From: Escherichia coli
Lineage (GTDB): Bacteria > Pseudomonadota > Gammaproteobacteria > Enterobacterales > Enterobacteriaceae
Length of the DNA stretch: 64,000 nt
Strand: one strand, 5' to 3'
Assembly: GCF_003018255.1 (NCBI RefSeq)
Contig: NZ_CP027440.1
Both the position numbers and the translations under genes were made by a program. The notes below the pieces were generated by a model, which ran no database searches, was not told the DNA's origin, and worked only from the letters and a program-made list of their open reading frames with translations. This document shows positions 29,098 through 41,848 of this stretch, piece by piece (within the stretch, counting starts at the first letter, position 1; every line of letters starts with the position of its first letter).

Positions 29098-30800
29098 TAC
29101 AGAACCTTCACTGAAACCACTTCGTTGCCGTCGGCATCCACTACGTGTACCGCACAGGCCATGCACGGGTCGAAGGAGTGAATGGTACGCACCACTTCCA
29201 GCGGTTTATTCGGATCGGCAACCGGTGTACCCACCAGCGACTGCTCGTAAGGACCGACGTCATCATTGAAGTTACGCGGGCCAGAGTTCCAGGTTGATGG
29301 AACAACCGCCTGGTAGTTACTGATAATACCGTCTTTGATCACCATCCAGTGAGAGAGCATACCGCGCGGTGCTTCGAGGAAGCCTACGCCTTTGAACTCA
29401 CCCGTTGCCGGAATGTTCGGCTTCACAAAGGTGGTGTGATCGCCTTTGCCGATATTGGTGATCAGTGCACTGTATTGATTTTGCAGGATATCCTGCAATT
29501 CACAGCAGTGAACGGTACGACCAATAATACGGCCCAGCGTGGAGTGCAACTGCGCCACTTCCAGCGTGTTGCCAGTCAGTTTCTGATAAATCGCAACGAT
29601 TTCATTCAGTTTGTTCTGGGTAGACTCGCGTCCTGCCGCCAGTTTCACCAGCATATTAGCCAGCGGACCCACTTCTACCGTTTTGCCGTAGAAAGTCGGT
29701 GATTTCACCCAGGAATATTTACCGTCGTCAGACCAACCATCATAAGCCGGAATGGTGGTACCTTCCCACGGTGCCTGCGGCGCTTCGTCTTTATACCAGG
29801 AGTGCTTCGCGCTTTCCTGAATCCCTTTGATCAGGTATTCATCGGAATGAGAAGTGATCGGACGATACGAGGACAGATCCGCATTCTCAATGTAGCCGCC
29901 CGGGAACAGGAAGCTGCCATTTTTACTGTCGGTCGGGAATTCCGGCACGCTCAGGTAGTTCACCGCACCTTTACCGCGCGTCAGCCATTCCGGGTAGAAC
30001 GCAGCGATAACTGCAGTATCAACCTTGTAAACCTGCTCAACAAAGTCGCTCAGCTTGTCGATGAAGGACTTGATGTACATCAGGCGCTCAAGGTTCAGCA
30101 CACCCAGACCGTCGAGGTTGATCGGGTTCGCGACACCACCTACCGCCAGGTTCTGAATATGCGGCGTTTTACCGCCCAGCAGCGCCACAACGCGGTTAGC
30201 GTCACGCTGGCACTCCAGCGCCTGCAGGTAGTGCGCTACCGCAATCAGGTTCACTTCCGGCGGCAGTTTCATTGCCGGGTGACCCCAGTAGCCATTGGCG
30301 AAAATACCCAACTGACCGCTGGCAACCAGATCTTTGATCTTGTTCTGAACTTTGGTGAACTCTTCCGGGCTGTTCAGATGCCAGGTCGAAACGCCTTTCA
30401 GCATTTCGGAGGCTTTGGCTGGATCAGCTTGCAGTGCAGAAGTGATGTCCACCCAGTCCAGCGCCGAAAGCTGATAGAAATGAACAATATGGTCATGCGT
30501 GGTGTGCGCAGCCAGAATGATGTTACGGATGTATTGCGCGTTAACCGGAACGTCGATATTCAGCGCACTTTCTGCCGCACGAACGGAAGACAGCGCGTGA
30601 GTGGTAGTACATACGCCACAGATACGTTGCACAATCATCCATGCATCGCGCGGATCGCGGTTTTTCACGATCTCTTCCATGCCGCGCCACATGGTACCGG
30701 AAGCCCATGCTTTCGAAACGACGCCATTTTCGATTTCGCAATCGATGCGTAAATGCCCTTCAATACGGGTTACCGGATCAATAGTAATTCTCTGGCTCAT
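29097..30800 (-). CDS. hybC: [NiFe] hydrogenase-2 large subunit, 567 aa
   Basis: Length and N-terminal RIEGH motif. Confidence 0.95.
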   Translation of the reverse strand: MSQRITIDPVTRIEGHLRIDCEIENGVVSKAWASGTMWRGMEEIVKNRDPRDAWMIVQRICGVCTTTHALSSVRAAESALNIDVPVNAQYIRNIILAAHTTHDHIVHFYQLSALDWVDITSALQADPAKASEMLKGVSTWHLNSPEEFTKVQNKIKDLVASGQLGIFANGYWGHPAMKLPPEVNLIAVAHYLQALECQRDANRVVALLGGKTPHIQNLAVGGVANPINLDGLGVLNLERLMYIKSFIDKLSDFVEQVYKVDTAVIAAFYPEWLTRGKGAVNYLSVPEFPTDSKNGSFLFPGGYIENADLSSYRPITSHSDEYLIKGIQESAKHSWYKDEAPQAPWEGTTIPAYDGWSDDGKYSWVKSPTFYGKTVEVGPLANMLVKLAAGRESTQNKLNEIVAIYQKLTGNTLEVAQLHSTLGRIIGRTVHCCELQDILQNQYSALITNIGKGDHTTFVKPNIPATGEFKGVGFLEAPRGMLSHWMVIKDGIISNYQAVVPSTWNSGPRNFNDDVGPYEQSLVGTPVADPNKPLEVVRTIHSFDPCMACAVHVVDADGNEVVSVKVL

Positions 30801-31975
30801 GCTTTGCTCGCCTCATGACGATTATGATCGTTTTGTTTTAAAGGAGGAAGTATCGGCAGTAGACGAATGAGTACGATATAAGCGCAAATCTCAATAGCCA
30901 CAAAACCAATAGAAATCAACAGTTCTTCCCAGGTCGGGAAGTAGGCGTAACCGCCACCCGGGTTGAATGCCACCAGCGAATAGGTCAGACGCCAGGTTGC
31001 ACAACCTAACAGTGCACTCAGTGCTGACAGGAACAGCATGCGGGAATCATTACGCAACTTCGCCACACGCAGAACGACCAGCGGGAAGAGCATCAGCAGG
31101 ACTTCAATCCAGAACATCACGGAGTAGAAGTCACCGGCAAACGCTAACGACAGCTTGTCGCGATAGATAAGCTCGCCAAAGCGCAGCACGATGAAAATCG
31201 CCAGCAACACACTGATGGTGTTGGTCAGCTTAACGAACAGACTCTTTTCATCCGGACCGTTGCCACGCAGACCCGCCTGCACCAACGAACCTTCAAAGAT
31301 GACAATCGAGAAGCCCATGATGAACGCCGTCAGCAGCGAGAACAGCGGCAACATTTCATAGCTTTGCCACAGCGGATGCACCTTGTAGCCCGCCGAGATC
31401 ATCAGCGACCCCATTGAAGACTGGTGCATAGTTGGCAGCAGCGCACCAAGCGCGATGATGAAGAACATCACCTTGTTCAGACGTTTGAGTGACACCTTCC
31501 AGCCCAGACGTTCAAACAATGCCGGAGCAAACTCCAGTGCCATCACACCGATGTAGATGGTCATACAGACCGCCGTCTCGAACAGTACCGAGTTCACGTT
31601 GAAGTGACCCGGAATGTAGAAGTACGGCAGGTTCCAGTAGCGACCCACGTCGATAGTGATCGACAAGCCACCCAGTGAATAACCAAACAGACTCGCCAAC
31701 AGCGCCGGACGCACCAGCGGATGGTATTGCCCACGGTTAAAGACGTATACTGCCCACGCCAGCGCCCAGCCGCCACAGGCAAAGCCGGTACCGATCAGCA
31801 GGTCAAACGCGATCCACACGCCCCACGGGAAGCCGCCGTTCAGGTCGGAGACAGAGCCCAGACCGAACACCAGACGCTTCACAATCAGGAGCATACAGAT
31901 GACGATTAACGGTCCAAAAATCATGACCGGTTTACTGATGATTTTGCCGCCCAGCGGTTGTGGATCATGACTCAT
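30797..31975 (-). CDS. hybB: Hydrogenase-2 membrane subunit (NrfD-like), 392 aa
   Basis: Polytopic membrane ORF in hyb operon; length matches. Confidence 0.93.
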   Translation of the reverse strand: MSHDPQPLGGKIISKPVMIFGPLIVICMLLIVKRLVFGLGSVSDLNGGFPWGVWIAFDLLIGTGFACGGWALAWAVYVFNRGQYHPLVRPALLASLFGYSLGGLSITIDVGRYWNLPYFYIPGHFNVNSVLFETAVCMTIYIGVMALEFAPALFERLGWKVSLKRLNKVMFFIIALGALLPTMHQSSMGSLMISAGYKVHPLWQSYEMLPLFSLLTAFIMGFSIVIFEGSLVQAGLRGNGPDEKSLFVKLTNTISVLLAIFIVLRFGELIYRDKLSLAFAGDFYSVMFWIEVLLMLFPLVVLRVAKLRNDSRMLFLSALSALLGCATWRLTYSLVAFNPGGGYAYFPTWEELLISIGFVAIEICAYIVLIRLLPILPPLKQNDHNRHEASKA

Positions 31976-32951
31976 GATCGTCTCCTCCGTCGTGATGGTC
32001 GTTTTTAGTGTTGCGACGAACCAGCACGGTTAAGCCCGCCAGCACAGCCAGTGGTAGCATCATGCCTTTATACAGGGTGTGTTGGACATGTTCGGAACGC
32101 GCACCAGTAGAAAGATCGTCCAGTTTCGGCAGGTCGAGATTTTCATAAGGCACACCCGTCAGTACCAGAACCTGAGTACCGCCGCCCTCTTTCTCGCCGT
32201 ACAGATGCGGATAATATTTCGGCACCGTATGCAGGTAAGTGTCGCCAGATTTCAGCGTCTGACGCGGATAGTGGTATTCGCTGCCCGGCTTCAGCGCCAG
32301 ACGTTTTTTCGCCTCCGCCATCAGCTCTTCACGCGTACCAAAAATCACCGCGCCCGCCGGGCACACTTCTACGCAGCCAGGCAGACCGCCTTTATCGAGA
32401 CGTTCCACACCTTTCTGGTTGCACAACTCGCACTTATGCAGCGCACCAAACGGGTTGTTGTAGTCGTACTTCGGCACGTTGTATGGGCAGGCGACCATGC
32501 AGTAACGGCAGCCGGTGCACACATCTTTGTCGTAATGGACAATGCCGGTTTTCGGATCTTTTTTCAGCGCAGAGACCGGGCACACAGAGACACAGTTCGG
32601 ATCGACGCAGTGCATACACTGTTTCTTAATGTACGCGTAGCCATTCTCCTCCTGGTCTTTGTTGACCCCTGTGCCGCTGGTCCACACCTGAATGATGTTA
32701 TTGGTATACGGCGACAGTTTGTCGTTGTTCGACCAGGTCTGTTCCCCTTGCGGGTTACGTTCAGGGAAGTTGATATCCTGACACTTGGTGACGCAAGCCT
32801 GGCAGCCTACGCACAAGGTCGAGTCGTACAACATCCCCAGCGATCCCGGAATTGGCGGGCGGTTTTCAGCAGCCGCATGACTGACAGACGGCAGCGCGCC
32901 CGTCAGCAATGCCCCGCAGGAGGCTGCTTTAATAAAATTACGTCTGTTCAC
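31965..32951 (-). CDS. hybA: Hydrogenase-2 4Fe-4S ferredoxin-type subunit, 328 aa
   Basis: Multiple CxxCxxCxxxCP motifs; Tat-type signal (RRNFIK). Confidence 0.93.
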   Translation of the reverse strand: MNRRNFIKAASCGALLTGALPSVSHAAAENRPPIPGSLGMLYDSTLCVGCQACVTKCQDINFPERNPQGEQTWSNNDKLSPYTNNIIQVWTSGTGVNKDQEENGYAYIKKQCMHCVDPNCVSVCPVSALKKDPKTGIVHYDKDVCTGCRYCMVACPYNVPKYDYNNPFGALHKCELCNQKGVERLDKGGLPGCVEVCPAGAVIFGTREELMAEAKKRLALKPGSEYHYPRQTLKSGDTYLHTVPKYYPHLYGEKEGGGTQVLVLTGVPYENLDLPKLDDLSTGARSEHVQHTLYKGMMLPLAVLAGLTVLVRRNTKNDHHDGGDDHES

Positions 32952-32953
32952 GG

Positions 32954-34072
32954 TTATTCTCCCCGTGAGTCAGCGTTATCTTTCTTTTGCTGACGACCCA
33001 GTTCACGCACCGCCATCACGCTGACACCGGCAACCAGCCCAACCACACCGCCGAGCAAACCAATAGCGCCCGCAGAGACGTTGCCGCCTTCTTTAGCGTT
33101 AACGTCCGGTTTCTGTGAACGCGGAGTCTGGTTTTCGACGTTGGCAAGCTGATGGATGCCTTTATGGAAGCCGATACCTTCTTCGTTACAGCCATAGCAC
33201 GGGTGACCAATCGCTACCGGCCACACGCCGCCAACATCGCAGAATTGCAGCGTTGAGCAGTTGCCGTAAGTTTCTGGCCCTTTACAGCCGAGGTGGTACA
33301 GGCACCAGCCTTCGCGGTGACCTTCATCACCGAACTCTTTGGCAAAACGACCAGCATCGAAGTGCGGGCGACGTTCACAGTGTTCGTGAATCAGACGACC
33401 ATAGGCGAAAGTCGGACGGTTTTTGTCATCCAGTTTCGGCGGTTTGCCGTAAGTGATGATGTGCGCAACGGTCGCGAGGAAGTTGTGCGGGTTCGGCGGG
33501 CAGCCAGGAATATTGATAACGGTTTTGCCCGGTAGAACTTCTTGCAGGCTGACTGCGCCAGTTAGGTTAACTCCAGCTGCGGCAACACCGCCCCACGCAG
33601 AGCAGGAACCGATAGCGATAATGGCTGCTGCGCCTTCCGCCGCTTTGCGGATGTGATCCACAATCGGCTCACCGGCAACCATGCAATAAATACCGTTATC
33701 TTTTAATGGGATGGAACCATCCACCACTAACACATACTGCCCTTTGTACTTCTCGAGAGCGTTATGTTTGTTCTCTTCGACCTGATGACCGAAGGCGGCG
33801 GAAAGCACTTCGTGATACTCCAGAGAGATAGTCTCCAGCACGAGGTTTTCTACCGTTGGATGCGTTGCACGAAGCAGAGATTCCGTACAACCGGTGCACT
33901 CCTGCGCGCCAATCCAGATAACTGGCGGACGCTGCGGGTTAGTAACCGATTCGGCCATCTCTGCAGCGGCTTTGCTACTTAACCCCATGGTGGCGGCTAA
34001 TGCTGCACAAAGCTTCATGAAATCACGACGGTTAATGCCGTGAGAATGGATGAGGGTGTTATCTCCAGTCAT
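32954..34072 (-). CDS. hybO: [NiFe] hydrogenase-2 small subunit, 372 aa
   Basis: Tat signal (RRDFMK); length matches HybO. Confidence 0.95.
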   Translation of the reverse strand: MTGDNTLIHSHGINRRDFMKLCAALAATMGLSSKAAAEMAESVTNPQRPPVIWIGAQECTGCTESLLRATHPTVENLVLETISLEYHEVLSAAFGHQVEENKHNALEKYKGQYVLVVDGSIPLKDNGIYCMVAGEPIVDHIRKAAEGAAAIIAIGSCSAWGGVAAAGVNLTGAVSLQEVLPGKTVINIPGCPPNPHNFLATVAHIITYGKPPKLDDKNRPTFAYGRLIHEHCERRPHFDAGRFAKEFGDEGHREGWCLYHLGCKGPETYGNCSTLQFCDVGGVWPVAIGHPCYGCNEEGIGFHKGIHQLANVENQTPRSQKPDVNAKEGGNVSAGAIGLLGGVVGLVAGVSVMAVRELGRQQKKDNADSRGE

Positions 34073-34260
34073 TTATAGTTATTCCGTTGCGAAGACCTGG
34101 CATATATTTTGCCTCAATCGCAAAATCAATAATGCGATCGATGCGCCATTTACCACACATTTATTATGGTTATCGATATCATGATACTGCGGCGGGGCGC
34201 TAAAACGAAGGGAAGAAGCATTAGTGTAATTAATTAAAGCAAGATAATACGTATGTTTGA
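34073..34260 (-). promoter_or_regulatory. hyb operon upstream control region
   Basis: AT-rich non-coding interval upstream of hybO; regulatory role inferred from position only. Confidence 0.35.
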
Positions 34261-34548
34261 TCAATTTTCGAGGCGATAACCGGCCATAAAAAAGCGCAAC
34301 GTAGAACAGGAATTATTCTCACGAAAGAAATCCATTACCATCTCTTTATCCAGTCCATAGCGGCGCGTCAGAATACCCGCTTCCCAGGCGCTAAGCTGGC
34401 GATCTCCGGTCTTTTCGTACATCCGGTGTGAGTAGCCTAATACAAAACCGCGTTTATAATCGGCACAGTATTTTGTCACATTAACCGCACTGTCGGCATG
34501 CGTTGCTTTTAATCCCGCCATTAAGCCTTTACCAAAATGGTTATTCAT
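34261..34548 (-). CDS. yghW: Uncharacterised protein YghW, 95 aa
   Basis: Length and position upstream of hybO match K-12. Confidence 0.85.
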   Translation of the reverse strand: MNNHFGKGLMAGLKATHADSAVNVTKYCADYKRGFVLGYSHRMYEKTGDRQLSAWEAGILTRRYGLDKEMVMDFFRENNSCSTLRFFMAGYRLEN

Positions 34549-34666
34549 CGTTCACCTCATTCGCTATATATTGCCGTATATAGCGATATTTTAGGCAAAG
34601 AACGACATTTGCGCACGCTATTTTTTCATGCTTGTTTAAGACGTAATCCTGTAAGAGATAAACCCA

Positions 34667-35554
34667 TCAGGAGAGATATTTATCGAACCATTTCAGCGTC
34701 CTTTGCCAGGCAAGATCGGCGGCAGATTTGTCATAACGGGGCGTGGAATCATTATGGAATCCGTGATTAACCCCCGGATATATATACGCCTCATAGACCT
34801 TATTATTGGCTTTCAACGCCGCCTCGTAAGCAGGCCAGCCCTCGTTGATTCGGGTGTCCAGTTCCGCGTAGTGCAACAGTAAAGGCGCTTCAATCTTCGC
34901 CACATCGGCAGTGGGTGCCTGACGACCATAAAACGGCACCGCGCAGGCCAGTTCCGGGTAAGCGACCGCTGCCGCGTTCGATACGCCACCGCCATAGCAA
35001 AATCCAGTAATACCCACTTTGCCTGTCGCTTGCGGATAGCTTTGCATAAACTCAATCGCGGCAAAGAAATCATTCATCAGTTTGGTTGGATCAACCTGCT
35101 GTTGCAGCTCACGACCTTTATCATCATTACCCGGATAACCTCCAACGGAACTTAAGCCGTCAGGTGCCAGGGCGATATACCCCGCCTTCGCCACTCGCCG
35201 CGTCACATCTTCGATATACGGATTCAGTCCACGATTCTCATGCACCACCACCACGGCTGGCGTTTTGCCGCTCATTTTTGCGGGCTTCACCAGATAACCC
35301 CGTACCTCGCCGTGACCATTTGGCGAGGGATACGTGATGTACTCTGCAACAATTTCCGGGTCGGTAAACTCTACCTGAGTCGCCAGCGCATAATTTGGCT
35401 TGAGCAAATCAAACAGCGCTAATGCCGTCATCCCGCCCACCGCATACTTCGCCGCAAGGTTGAGGAACTCACGTTTCGAGATTTTCCCGTGAGCGTAATA
35501 GTCGTAGTAATCCAGCAACTCTTGTGGGAAATCTTTGGCGGTTAAACGCGGCAT
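34667..35554 (-). CDS. yghX: Dienelactone hydrolase-family protein, intact, about 295 aa
   Basis: Continuous ORF (track 308 aa, likely start MPRLTAKDF); alpha/beta hydrolase with GFCYGG nucleophile motif; the K-12 gene at this position is recalled as frameshifted. Confidence 0.8.
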   Translation of the reverse strand: MPRLTAKDFPQELLDYYDYYAHGKISKREFLNLAAKYAVGGMTALALFDLLKPNYALATQVEFTDPEIVAEYITYPSPNGHGEVRGYLVKPAKMSGKTPAVVVVHENRGLNPYIEDVTRRVAKAGYIALAPDGLSSVGGYPGNDDKGRELQQQVDPTKLMNDFFAAIEFMQSYPQATGKVGITGFCYGGGVSNAAAVAYPELACAVPFYGRQAPTADVAKIEAPLLLHYAELDTRINEGWPAYEAALKANNKVYEAYIYPGVNHGFHNDSTPRYDKSAADLAWQRTLKWFDKYLS

Positions 35555-35710
35555 CGTTGCACTCCTCAACTGGTGTTTTTTTAAGCAAAGCATAAGCGCG
35601 TGTTTTTGCCCAGTTTTTCGTCACTCTGTGAGCCAGACTACGGGATACGCGCTGGCGAATCGCTAAACTAGAAACATTGTTTCGAAATTGAACGATGGAA
35701 AGGAGAGGTC

Positions 35711-36751
35711 ATGGTCTGGTTAGCGAATCCCGAACGTTACGGGCAGATGCAGTACCGCTATTGCGGAAAAAGTGGTTTACGCCTGCCCGCGTTATCGCTC
35801 GGTTTATGGCACAATTTCGGTCACGTTAACGCGCTGGAATCACAGCGTGCGATCCTGCGTAAAGCGTTTGATTTAGGCATTACGCACTTTGATTTAGCCA
35901 ACAATTACGGGCCGCCTCCAGGAAGCGCAGAAGAAAACTTTGGTCGCCTGCTGCGCGAGGATTTTGCCGCTTATCGCGATGAACTGATTATCTCTACCAA
36001 AGCCGGATACGATATGTGGCCCGGTCCATACGGCTCTGGCGGCTCACGTAAATACCTGCTCGCCAGCCTCGACCAAAGCCTGAAGCGTATGGGGCTTGAG
36101 TATGTCGATATCTTTTACTCTCATCGCGTCGATGAAAATACGCCGATGGAAGAAACCGCCTCTGCGCTGGCTCATGCTGTACAAAGCGGTAAGGCGCTGT
36201 ATGTCGGGATCTCCTCTTACTCGCCAGAGCGGACGCAAAAAATGGTCGAGTTGCTGCGCGAGTGGAAAATTCCGCTGTTAATTCATCAACCTTCGTACAA
36301 TTTACTGAACCGCTGGGTGGATAAAAGCGGCCTGCTGGATACCTTGCAAAATAACGGCGTGGGCTGCATTGCCTTTACTCCACTGGCTCAGGGATTGCTG
36401 ACCGGAAAATATCTCAACGGTATTCCGCAAGATTCACGGATGCATCGTGAAGGGAATAAAGTTCGTGGTCTGACGCCGAAAATGCTCACCGAAGCCAACC
36501 TCAACAGCCTGCGCTTATTGCATGAAATGGCACAGCAGCGTGGACAATCAATGGCGCAAATGGCGTTAAGCTGGTTGCTGAAAGATGAGCGAGTGACGTC
36601 GGTATTGATTGGAGCCAGCCGCGCGGAGCAACTTGAGGAGAACGTGCAGGCGCTGAATAATCTGACATTTAGCACCGAGGAGCTGGCGCAGATTGATCAG
36701 CATATCGCCGATGGAGAGCTGAATCTGTGGCAGGCGTCTTCCGATAAATGA
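35711..36751 (+). CDS. gpr: L-glyceraldehyde 3-phosphate reductase (aldo-keto reductase), 346 aa
   Basis: Length and position; aldo-keto reductase fold. Confidence 0.92.
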   Translation: MVWLANPERYGQMQYRYCGKSGLRLPALSLGLWHNFGHVNALESQRAILRKAFDLGITHFDLANNYGPPPGSAEENFGRLLREDFAAYRDELIISTKAGYDMWPGPYGSGGSRKYLLASLDQSLKRMGLEYVDIFYSHRVDENTPMEETASALAHAVQSGKALYVGISSYSPERTQKMVELLREWKIPLLIHQPSYNLLNRWVDKSGLLDTLQNNGVGCIAFTPLAQGLLTGKYLNGIPQDSRMHREGNKVRGLTPKMLTEANLNSLRLLHEMAQQRGQSMAQMALSWLLKDERVTSVLIGASRAEQLEENVQALNNLTFSTEELAQIDQHIADGELNLWQASSDK

Positions 36752-36790
36752 CCTGTTAATAACGGGCGCGAGAACCGCGCCCGAATCAGA

Positions 36791-37354
<564 letters not shown>

Positions 37355-37475
37355 TCAACATATACGTTAAACCTTTGTCGCATAATTCTGAGGGTTAGGG
37401 ATCTTCCTGGTTCCCTTATCAACGCATCGAGAGCGTCTACCCTTAAAGGACGTTGAACCTGAAGGGAGAAAAACG

Positions 37476-38360
37476 ATGTCTCATTTAAAAGACCCGACCA
37501 CGCAGTATTACACTGGTGAATATCCCAAACAGAAACAACCGACGCCAGGCATCCAGGCGAAGATGACACCGGTACCGGATTGCGGCGAGAAAACCTATGT
37601 TGGTAGCGGTTGCCTGAAAGATCGTAAAGCACTGGTGACAGGGGGCGATTCCGGAATCGGTCGCGCTGCCGCCATTGCTTACGCGCGTGAAGGGGCTGAC
37701 GTGGCGATCAGTTATCTTCCCGTGGAAGAAGAAGACGCTCAGGATGTGAAAAAGATCATTGAAGAATGCGGACGCAAAGCCGTTCTGCTGCCAGGCGATT
37801 TAAGCGATGAGAAATTCGCCCGTTCGCTGGTTCACGAAGCACACAAGGCGTTAGGCGGGCTGGATATTATGGCGCTGGTAGCCGGGAAACAGGTTGCCAT
37901 TCCTGATATTGCAGACCTCACCAGCGAACAGTTTCAAAAGACCTTTGCCATTAACGTTTTCGCGTTATTCTGGCTAACCCAGGAAGCGATCCCCCTGCTA
38001 CCGAAAGGTGCAAGTATCATCACCACTTCCTCAATCCAGGCATACCAGCCAAGCCCGCATTTACTGGACTATGCGGCTACGAAGGCGGCAATTCTGAACT
38101 ACAGCCGTAGCCTGGCAAAACAGGTCGCGGAGAAAGGTATTCGGGTGAATATTGTCGCGCCAGGCCCGATCTGGACAGCACTGCAAATTTCTGGCGGACA
38201 AACGCAGGATAAGATCCCGCAGTTTGGTCAGAAAACGCCGATGAAGCGTGCGGGGCAACCGGCGGAGCTGGCCCCTGTATATGTTTACCTGGCAAGTCAG
38301 GAGTCGAGCTACGTCACCGCAGAAGTGCACGGTGTCTGCGGCGGCGAGCATTTAGGTTAA
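37476..38360 (+). CDS. yghA: Short-chain dehydrogenase/reductase (NADP-dependent), 294 aa
   Basis: SDR glycine motif [10 protein letters not shown]; length matches. Confidence 0.92.
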   Translation: MSHLKDPTTQYYTGEYPKQKQPTPGIQAKMTPVPDCGEKTYVGSGCLKDRKALVTGGDSGIGRAAAIAYAREGADVAISYLPVEEEDAQDVKKIIEECGRKAVLLPGDLSDEKFARSLVHEAHKALGGLDIMALVAGKQVAIPDIADLTSEQFQKTFAINVFALFWLTQEAIPLLPKGASIITTSSIQAYQPSPHLLDYAATKAAILNYSRSLAKQVAEKGIRVNIVAPGPIWTALQISGGQTQDKIPQFGQKTPMKRAGQPAELAPVYVYLASQESSYVTAEVHGVCGGEHLG

Positions 38361-38365
38361 AAAAA

Positions 38366-38404
38366 TGCCCGGTTGTGAAAAGCAACCGGGCATCATTTTT
38401 ATTT
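38366..38404. terminator. Bidirectional intrinsic terminator between yghA and exbD
   Basis: Stem gcccggttg...caaccgggc flanked by A-run and T-run. Confidence 0.7.
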
Positions 38405-38824
38405 CGCTTTCGCAGTTTCTTCGCCGACCAGACCTATTTTCAGGTAACCCGCCTGATGCAGCGTATCCATTACCTTCATCAACGTCTCGTAATCGACAGT
38501 TTTATCCGCACGGAAGAAGATGGTGGTGTCTTTCTTGCCTTCGGTTAACGCATTCAACGCCGTAATCATTGTTTCATCGGTGACCGGATCGTTACCAATA
38601 AACATCGAGTTGTCTGCTTTCACCGACAGATAAACCGGTTTTTCCGGGCGCGGCTGCGGCGTGCTGGTAGAAGCAGGCAAATTCACCTTCACATCTACCG
38701 TCGCTAACGGTGCCGCCACCATAAAGATAATCAGCAAAACCAACATCACGTCGATAAACGGCGTCACGTTGATATCATGCATTTCGCCGTTATCGTCGAG
38801 GTTTTCGTTAAGATGCATCGCCAT
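38399..38824 (-). CDS. exbD: TonB-system energiser ExbD, 141 aa
   Basis: Length and position. Confidence 0.95.
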   Translation of the reverse strand: MAMHLNENLDDNGEMHDINVTPFIDVMLVLLIIFMVAAPLATVDVKVNLPASTSTPQPRPEKPVYLSVKADNSMFIGNDPVTDETMITALNALTEGKKDTTIFFRADKTVDYETLMKVMDTLHQAGYLKIGLVGEETAKAK

Positions 38825-38830
38825 CGGACA

Positions 38831-39565
38831 TTATCCTGCACGTAATTTTTGTGCGACACGAACCGGATGCGCAGCGGCGCTGGCTTCCAGATCCAGGTCA
38901 CGGCTTTGCAGCAACAATACCTGCGCTGCAACATCACCCAGCATCGCTTTAAAGCCGCCAATCTGGCGTGCAAATACGTTATAGATAACGACCGCAGGAA
39001 TCGCTGCCACGAGGCCGATTGCCGTTGCTAACAGAGCTTCTGCAATACCCGGCGCAACGACTGCCAGGTTAGTGGTCTGCGTTTGCGCGATACCAATAAA
39101 GCTGTTCATGATGCCCCAGACCGTACCAAACAGACCAACGAACGGCGAAATCGCGCCGATGGTTGCCAGATAGCCGTTACCACGGCCCATTTGACGACCT
39201 ACTGCGGCGACCCGACGCTCCAGACGGAAGCTGGTACGTTCTTTAATACCTTCGTTATCGTCGCTGCCTTCTGACAGTTCCAGCTCATTCTGCGCTTCAT
39301 TGAGCAAATGCAGGCTCAAGCTTTTGCTACCAAAATCAGCGGCGATATCGTTGGCCTGGTTTAAGGAACGCGCTTCAGCCAGCAGTTGCTGCTCGCGCTT
39401 AAGACGACGCTTCTGATTGAAGAACTCCACGCTCTTACTGAAGAAGATTGCCCAGGTGACTACGGAGGCCAAAATAAGCCCAATCATCACGCACTTAACG
39501 ACAATATCGGCGTGCTGATACATACCCCAGACGGAGAGGTCCGTCTGCATTAAATTATTACCCAC
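38831..39565 (-). CDS. exbB: TonB-system energiser ExbB, 244 aa
   Basis: Length and position; MotA/TolQ/ExbB family. Confidence 0.95.
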   Translation of the reverse strand: MGNNLMQTDLSVWGMYQHADIVVKCVMIGLILASVVTWAIFFSKSVEFFNQKRRLKREQQLLAEARSLNQANDIAADFGSKSLSLHLLNEAQNELELSEGSDDNEGIKERTSFRLERRVAAVGRQMGRGNGYLATIGAISPFVGLFGTVWGIMNSFIGIAQTQTTNLAVVAPGIAEALLATAIGLVAAIPAVVIYNVFARQIGGFKAMLGDVAAQVLLLQSRDLDLEASAAAHPVRVAQKLRAG

Positions 39566-39816
39566 TGTGTATCTCCAGGACGCAAGTCACAAAATCTGTG
39601 CATAATAATATCAAAACGACGTCGAATTGATAGTCGTTCTCATTACTATTTGCATACTGCCGTACCTTTGCTTTCTTTTCCTTGCGTTTACGCAGTAAAA
39701 AAGTAACCAGCACGCCATTTGCGAAAATTTTCTGCTTTATGCCAATTCTTCAGGATGCGCCCGCGAATATTCATGCTAGTTTAGACATCCAGACGTATAA
39801 AAACAGGAATCCCGAC

Positions 39817-41004
39817 ATGGCGGACAAAAAGCTTGATACTCAACTGGTGAATGCAGGACGCAGCAAAAAATACACGCTCGGTGCGGTAAATAGCGTGATT
39901 CAGCGCGCGTCTTCGCTGGTCTTTGACAGTGTAGAAGCCAAAAAACACGCGACACGTAATCGCGCCAATGGCGAGTTGTTCTATGGACGGCGTGGAACGT
40001 TAACCCATTTCTCCTTACAACAAGCGATGTGTGAACTGGAAGGTGGCGCAGGCTGTGTGCTATTTCCCTGCGGGGCGGCAGCGGTTGCTAATTCCATTCT
40101 TGCTTTTGTCGAACAGGGCGATCATGTGTTGATGACCAACACCGCCTATGAACCGAGTCAGGATTTCTGTAGCAAAATCCTCAGCAAACTGGGCGTAACG
40201 ACATCGTGGTTTGATCCGCTGATTGGTGCCGATATCGTTAAGCATCTGCAGCCAAACACTAAAATCGTGTTTCTGGAATCGCCAGGTTCCATCACCATGG
40301 AAGTCCACGATGTTCCGGCGATTGTTGCCGCCGTACGCAGTGTGGTCCCGGATGCCATCATTATGATCGACAACACCTGGGCAGCCGGTGTGCTGTTTAA
40401 GGCGCTGGATTTTGGCATCGATGTTTCTATTCAGGCCGCCACCAAATATCTGGTTGGGCATTCAGATGCGATGATTGGCACTGCGGTGTGCAATGCCCGT
40501 TGCTGGGAGCAGCTGCGAGAGAATGCCTATCTGATGGGCCAGATGGTCGATGCCGATACCGCCTATATAACCAGCCGTGGCCTGCGCACATTAGGTGTGC
40601 GTTTGCGCCAACATCATGAAAGCAGTCTGAAAGTGGCTGAATGGCTGGCAGAACATCCCCAAGTAGCGCGAGTTAACCACCCTGCTCTGCCTGGCAGTAA
40701 AGGCCACGAATTCTGGAAACGAGACTTTACAGGCAGCAGCGGGCTATTTTCCTTTGTGCTTAAGAAAAAACTCAATGATGAAGAGCTGGCGAACTATCTG
40801 GATAACTTCAGTTTATTCAGCATGGCCTACTCGTGGGGCGGGTATGAATCGTTGATCCTGGCAAATCAACCAGAACATATCGCCGCCATTCGCCCACAAG
40901 GCAAGATCGATTTTAGCGGGACCTTGATTCGCCTGCATATTGGTCTGGAAGATGTCGACGATCTGATTGCCGATCTGGACGCCGGTTTTGCGCGAATTGT
41001 ATAA
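39817..41004 (+). CDS. metC: Cystathionine beta-lyase, 395 aa
   Basis: Track ORF trimmed to ATG at 39817 ([15 protein letters not shown]...). Confidence 0.93.
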   Translation: MADKKLDTQLVNAGRSKKYTLGAVNSVIQRASSLVFDSVEAKKHATRNRANGELFYGRRGTLTHFSLQQAMCELEGGAGCVLFPCGAAAVANSILAFVEQGDHVLMTNTAYEPSQDFCSKILSKLGVTTSWFDPLIGADIVKHLQPNTKIVFLESPGSITMEVHDVPAIVAAVRSVVPDAIIMIDNTWAAGVLFKALDFGIDVSIQAATKYLVGHSDAMIGTAVCNARCWEQLRENAYLMGQMVDADTAYITSRGLRTLGVRLRQHHESSLKVAEWLAEHPQVARVNHPALPGSKGHEFWKRDFTGSSGLFSFVLKKKLNDEELANYLDNFSLFSMAYSWGGYESLILANQPEHIAAIRPQGKIDFSGTLIRLHIGLEDVDDLIADLDAGFARIV

Positions 41005-41143
41005 CATTGCCACTTTTGGACAATTTTGCAGACATTTTATTGTGAAAAGTCTTAAATTGTTGCGTCCGGGATCAAGGCGTCCCGGACGATTCAGGAGTAC
41101 AATAGGCAGATAAAGGCTTAAACGCTGTTCCACAGGAAAGTCC

Positions 41144-41803
41144 ATGGCTGTTATTCAAGATATCATCGCTGCGCTCTGGCAACACGACTTTGCCGCGCTG
41201 GCGGACCCTCATATTGTTAGCGTTGTTTACTTTGTTATGTTTGCCACGCTGTTTTTAGAAAACGGCTTGCTGCCCGCCTCATTTTTGCCAGGCGACAGCT
41301 TGTTGATACTGGCAGGCGCATTGATTGCCCAGGGGGTTATGGATTTTCTGCCTACGATTGCGATTCTGACCGCCGCAGCAAGTCTGGGCTGCTGGCTAAG
41401 TTATATTCAGGGGCGCTGGTTAGGGAATACCAAAACGGTGAAAGGCTGGCTGGCACAGCTTCCTGCTAAATATCACCAGCGCGCCACCTGCATGTTTGAC
41501 CGCCACGGTCTGCTGGCGCTGCTGGCTGGACGTTTTCTTGCATTTGTCCGTACGCTGCTGCCAACCATGGCGGGAATTTCCGGTCTGCCAAACCGCCGCT
41601 TCCAGTTTTTCAACTGGTTAAGCGGATTGCTGTGGGTCAGCGTGGTAACCAGTTTCGGCTATGCCTTAAGTATGATTCCGTTCGTTAAACGCCATGAAGA
41701 TCAGGTAATGACGTTCCTGATGATCCTGCCAATTGCCTTGTTAACCGCTGGCTTGTTGGGCACGCTGTTTGTGGTGATTAAAAAAAAATACTGTAACGCC
41801 TGA
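41144..41803 (+). CDS. yghB: DedA-family inner membrane protein, 219 aa
   Basis: Length and position. Confidence 0.92.
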
Positions 41804-41814
41804 CGATTTTCCCC

Positions 41815-41848
41815 GTTCCCGGTTGCTGTACCGGGAACGTATTTAATT
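41815..41848 (+). terminator. Hairpin downstream of yghB
   Basis: Stem gttcccgg...ccgggaac followed by gtatttaatt. Confidence 0.45.

Noticed and set aside
29802-30752. 316-aa plus-strand ORF
   Set aside because: Antisense within hybC; shadow ORF.
32079-32993. 304-aa plus-strand ORF
   Set aside because: Antisense within hybA; shadow ORF.
34079-34264. 61-aa minus-strand ORF between hybO and yghW
   Set aside because: Short, AT-rich, sits in the hyb promoter region with no ribosome-binding site; likely spurious.
36763-36783. Hairpin gggcgcg-agaacc-gcgccc between gpr and yqhA
   Set aside because: No T-run on either side; possibly a weak convergent terminator but not supportable as a feature.
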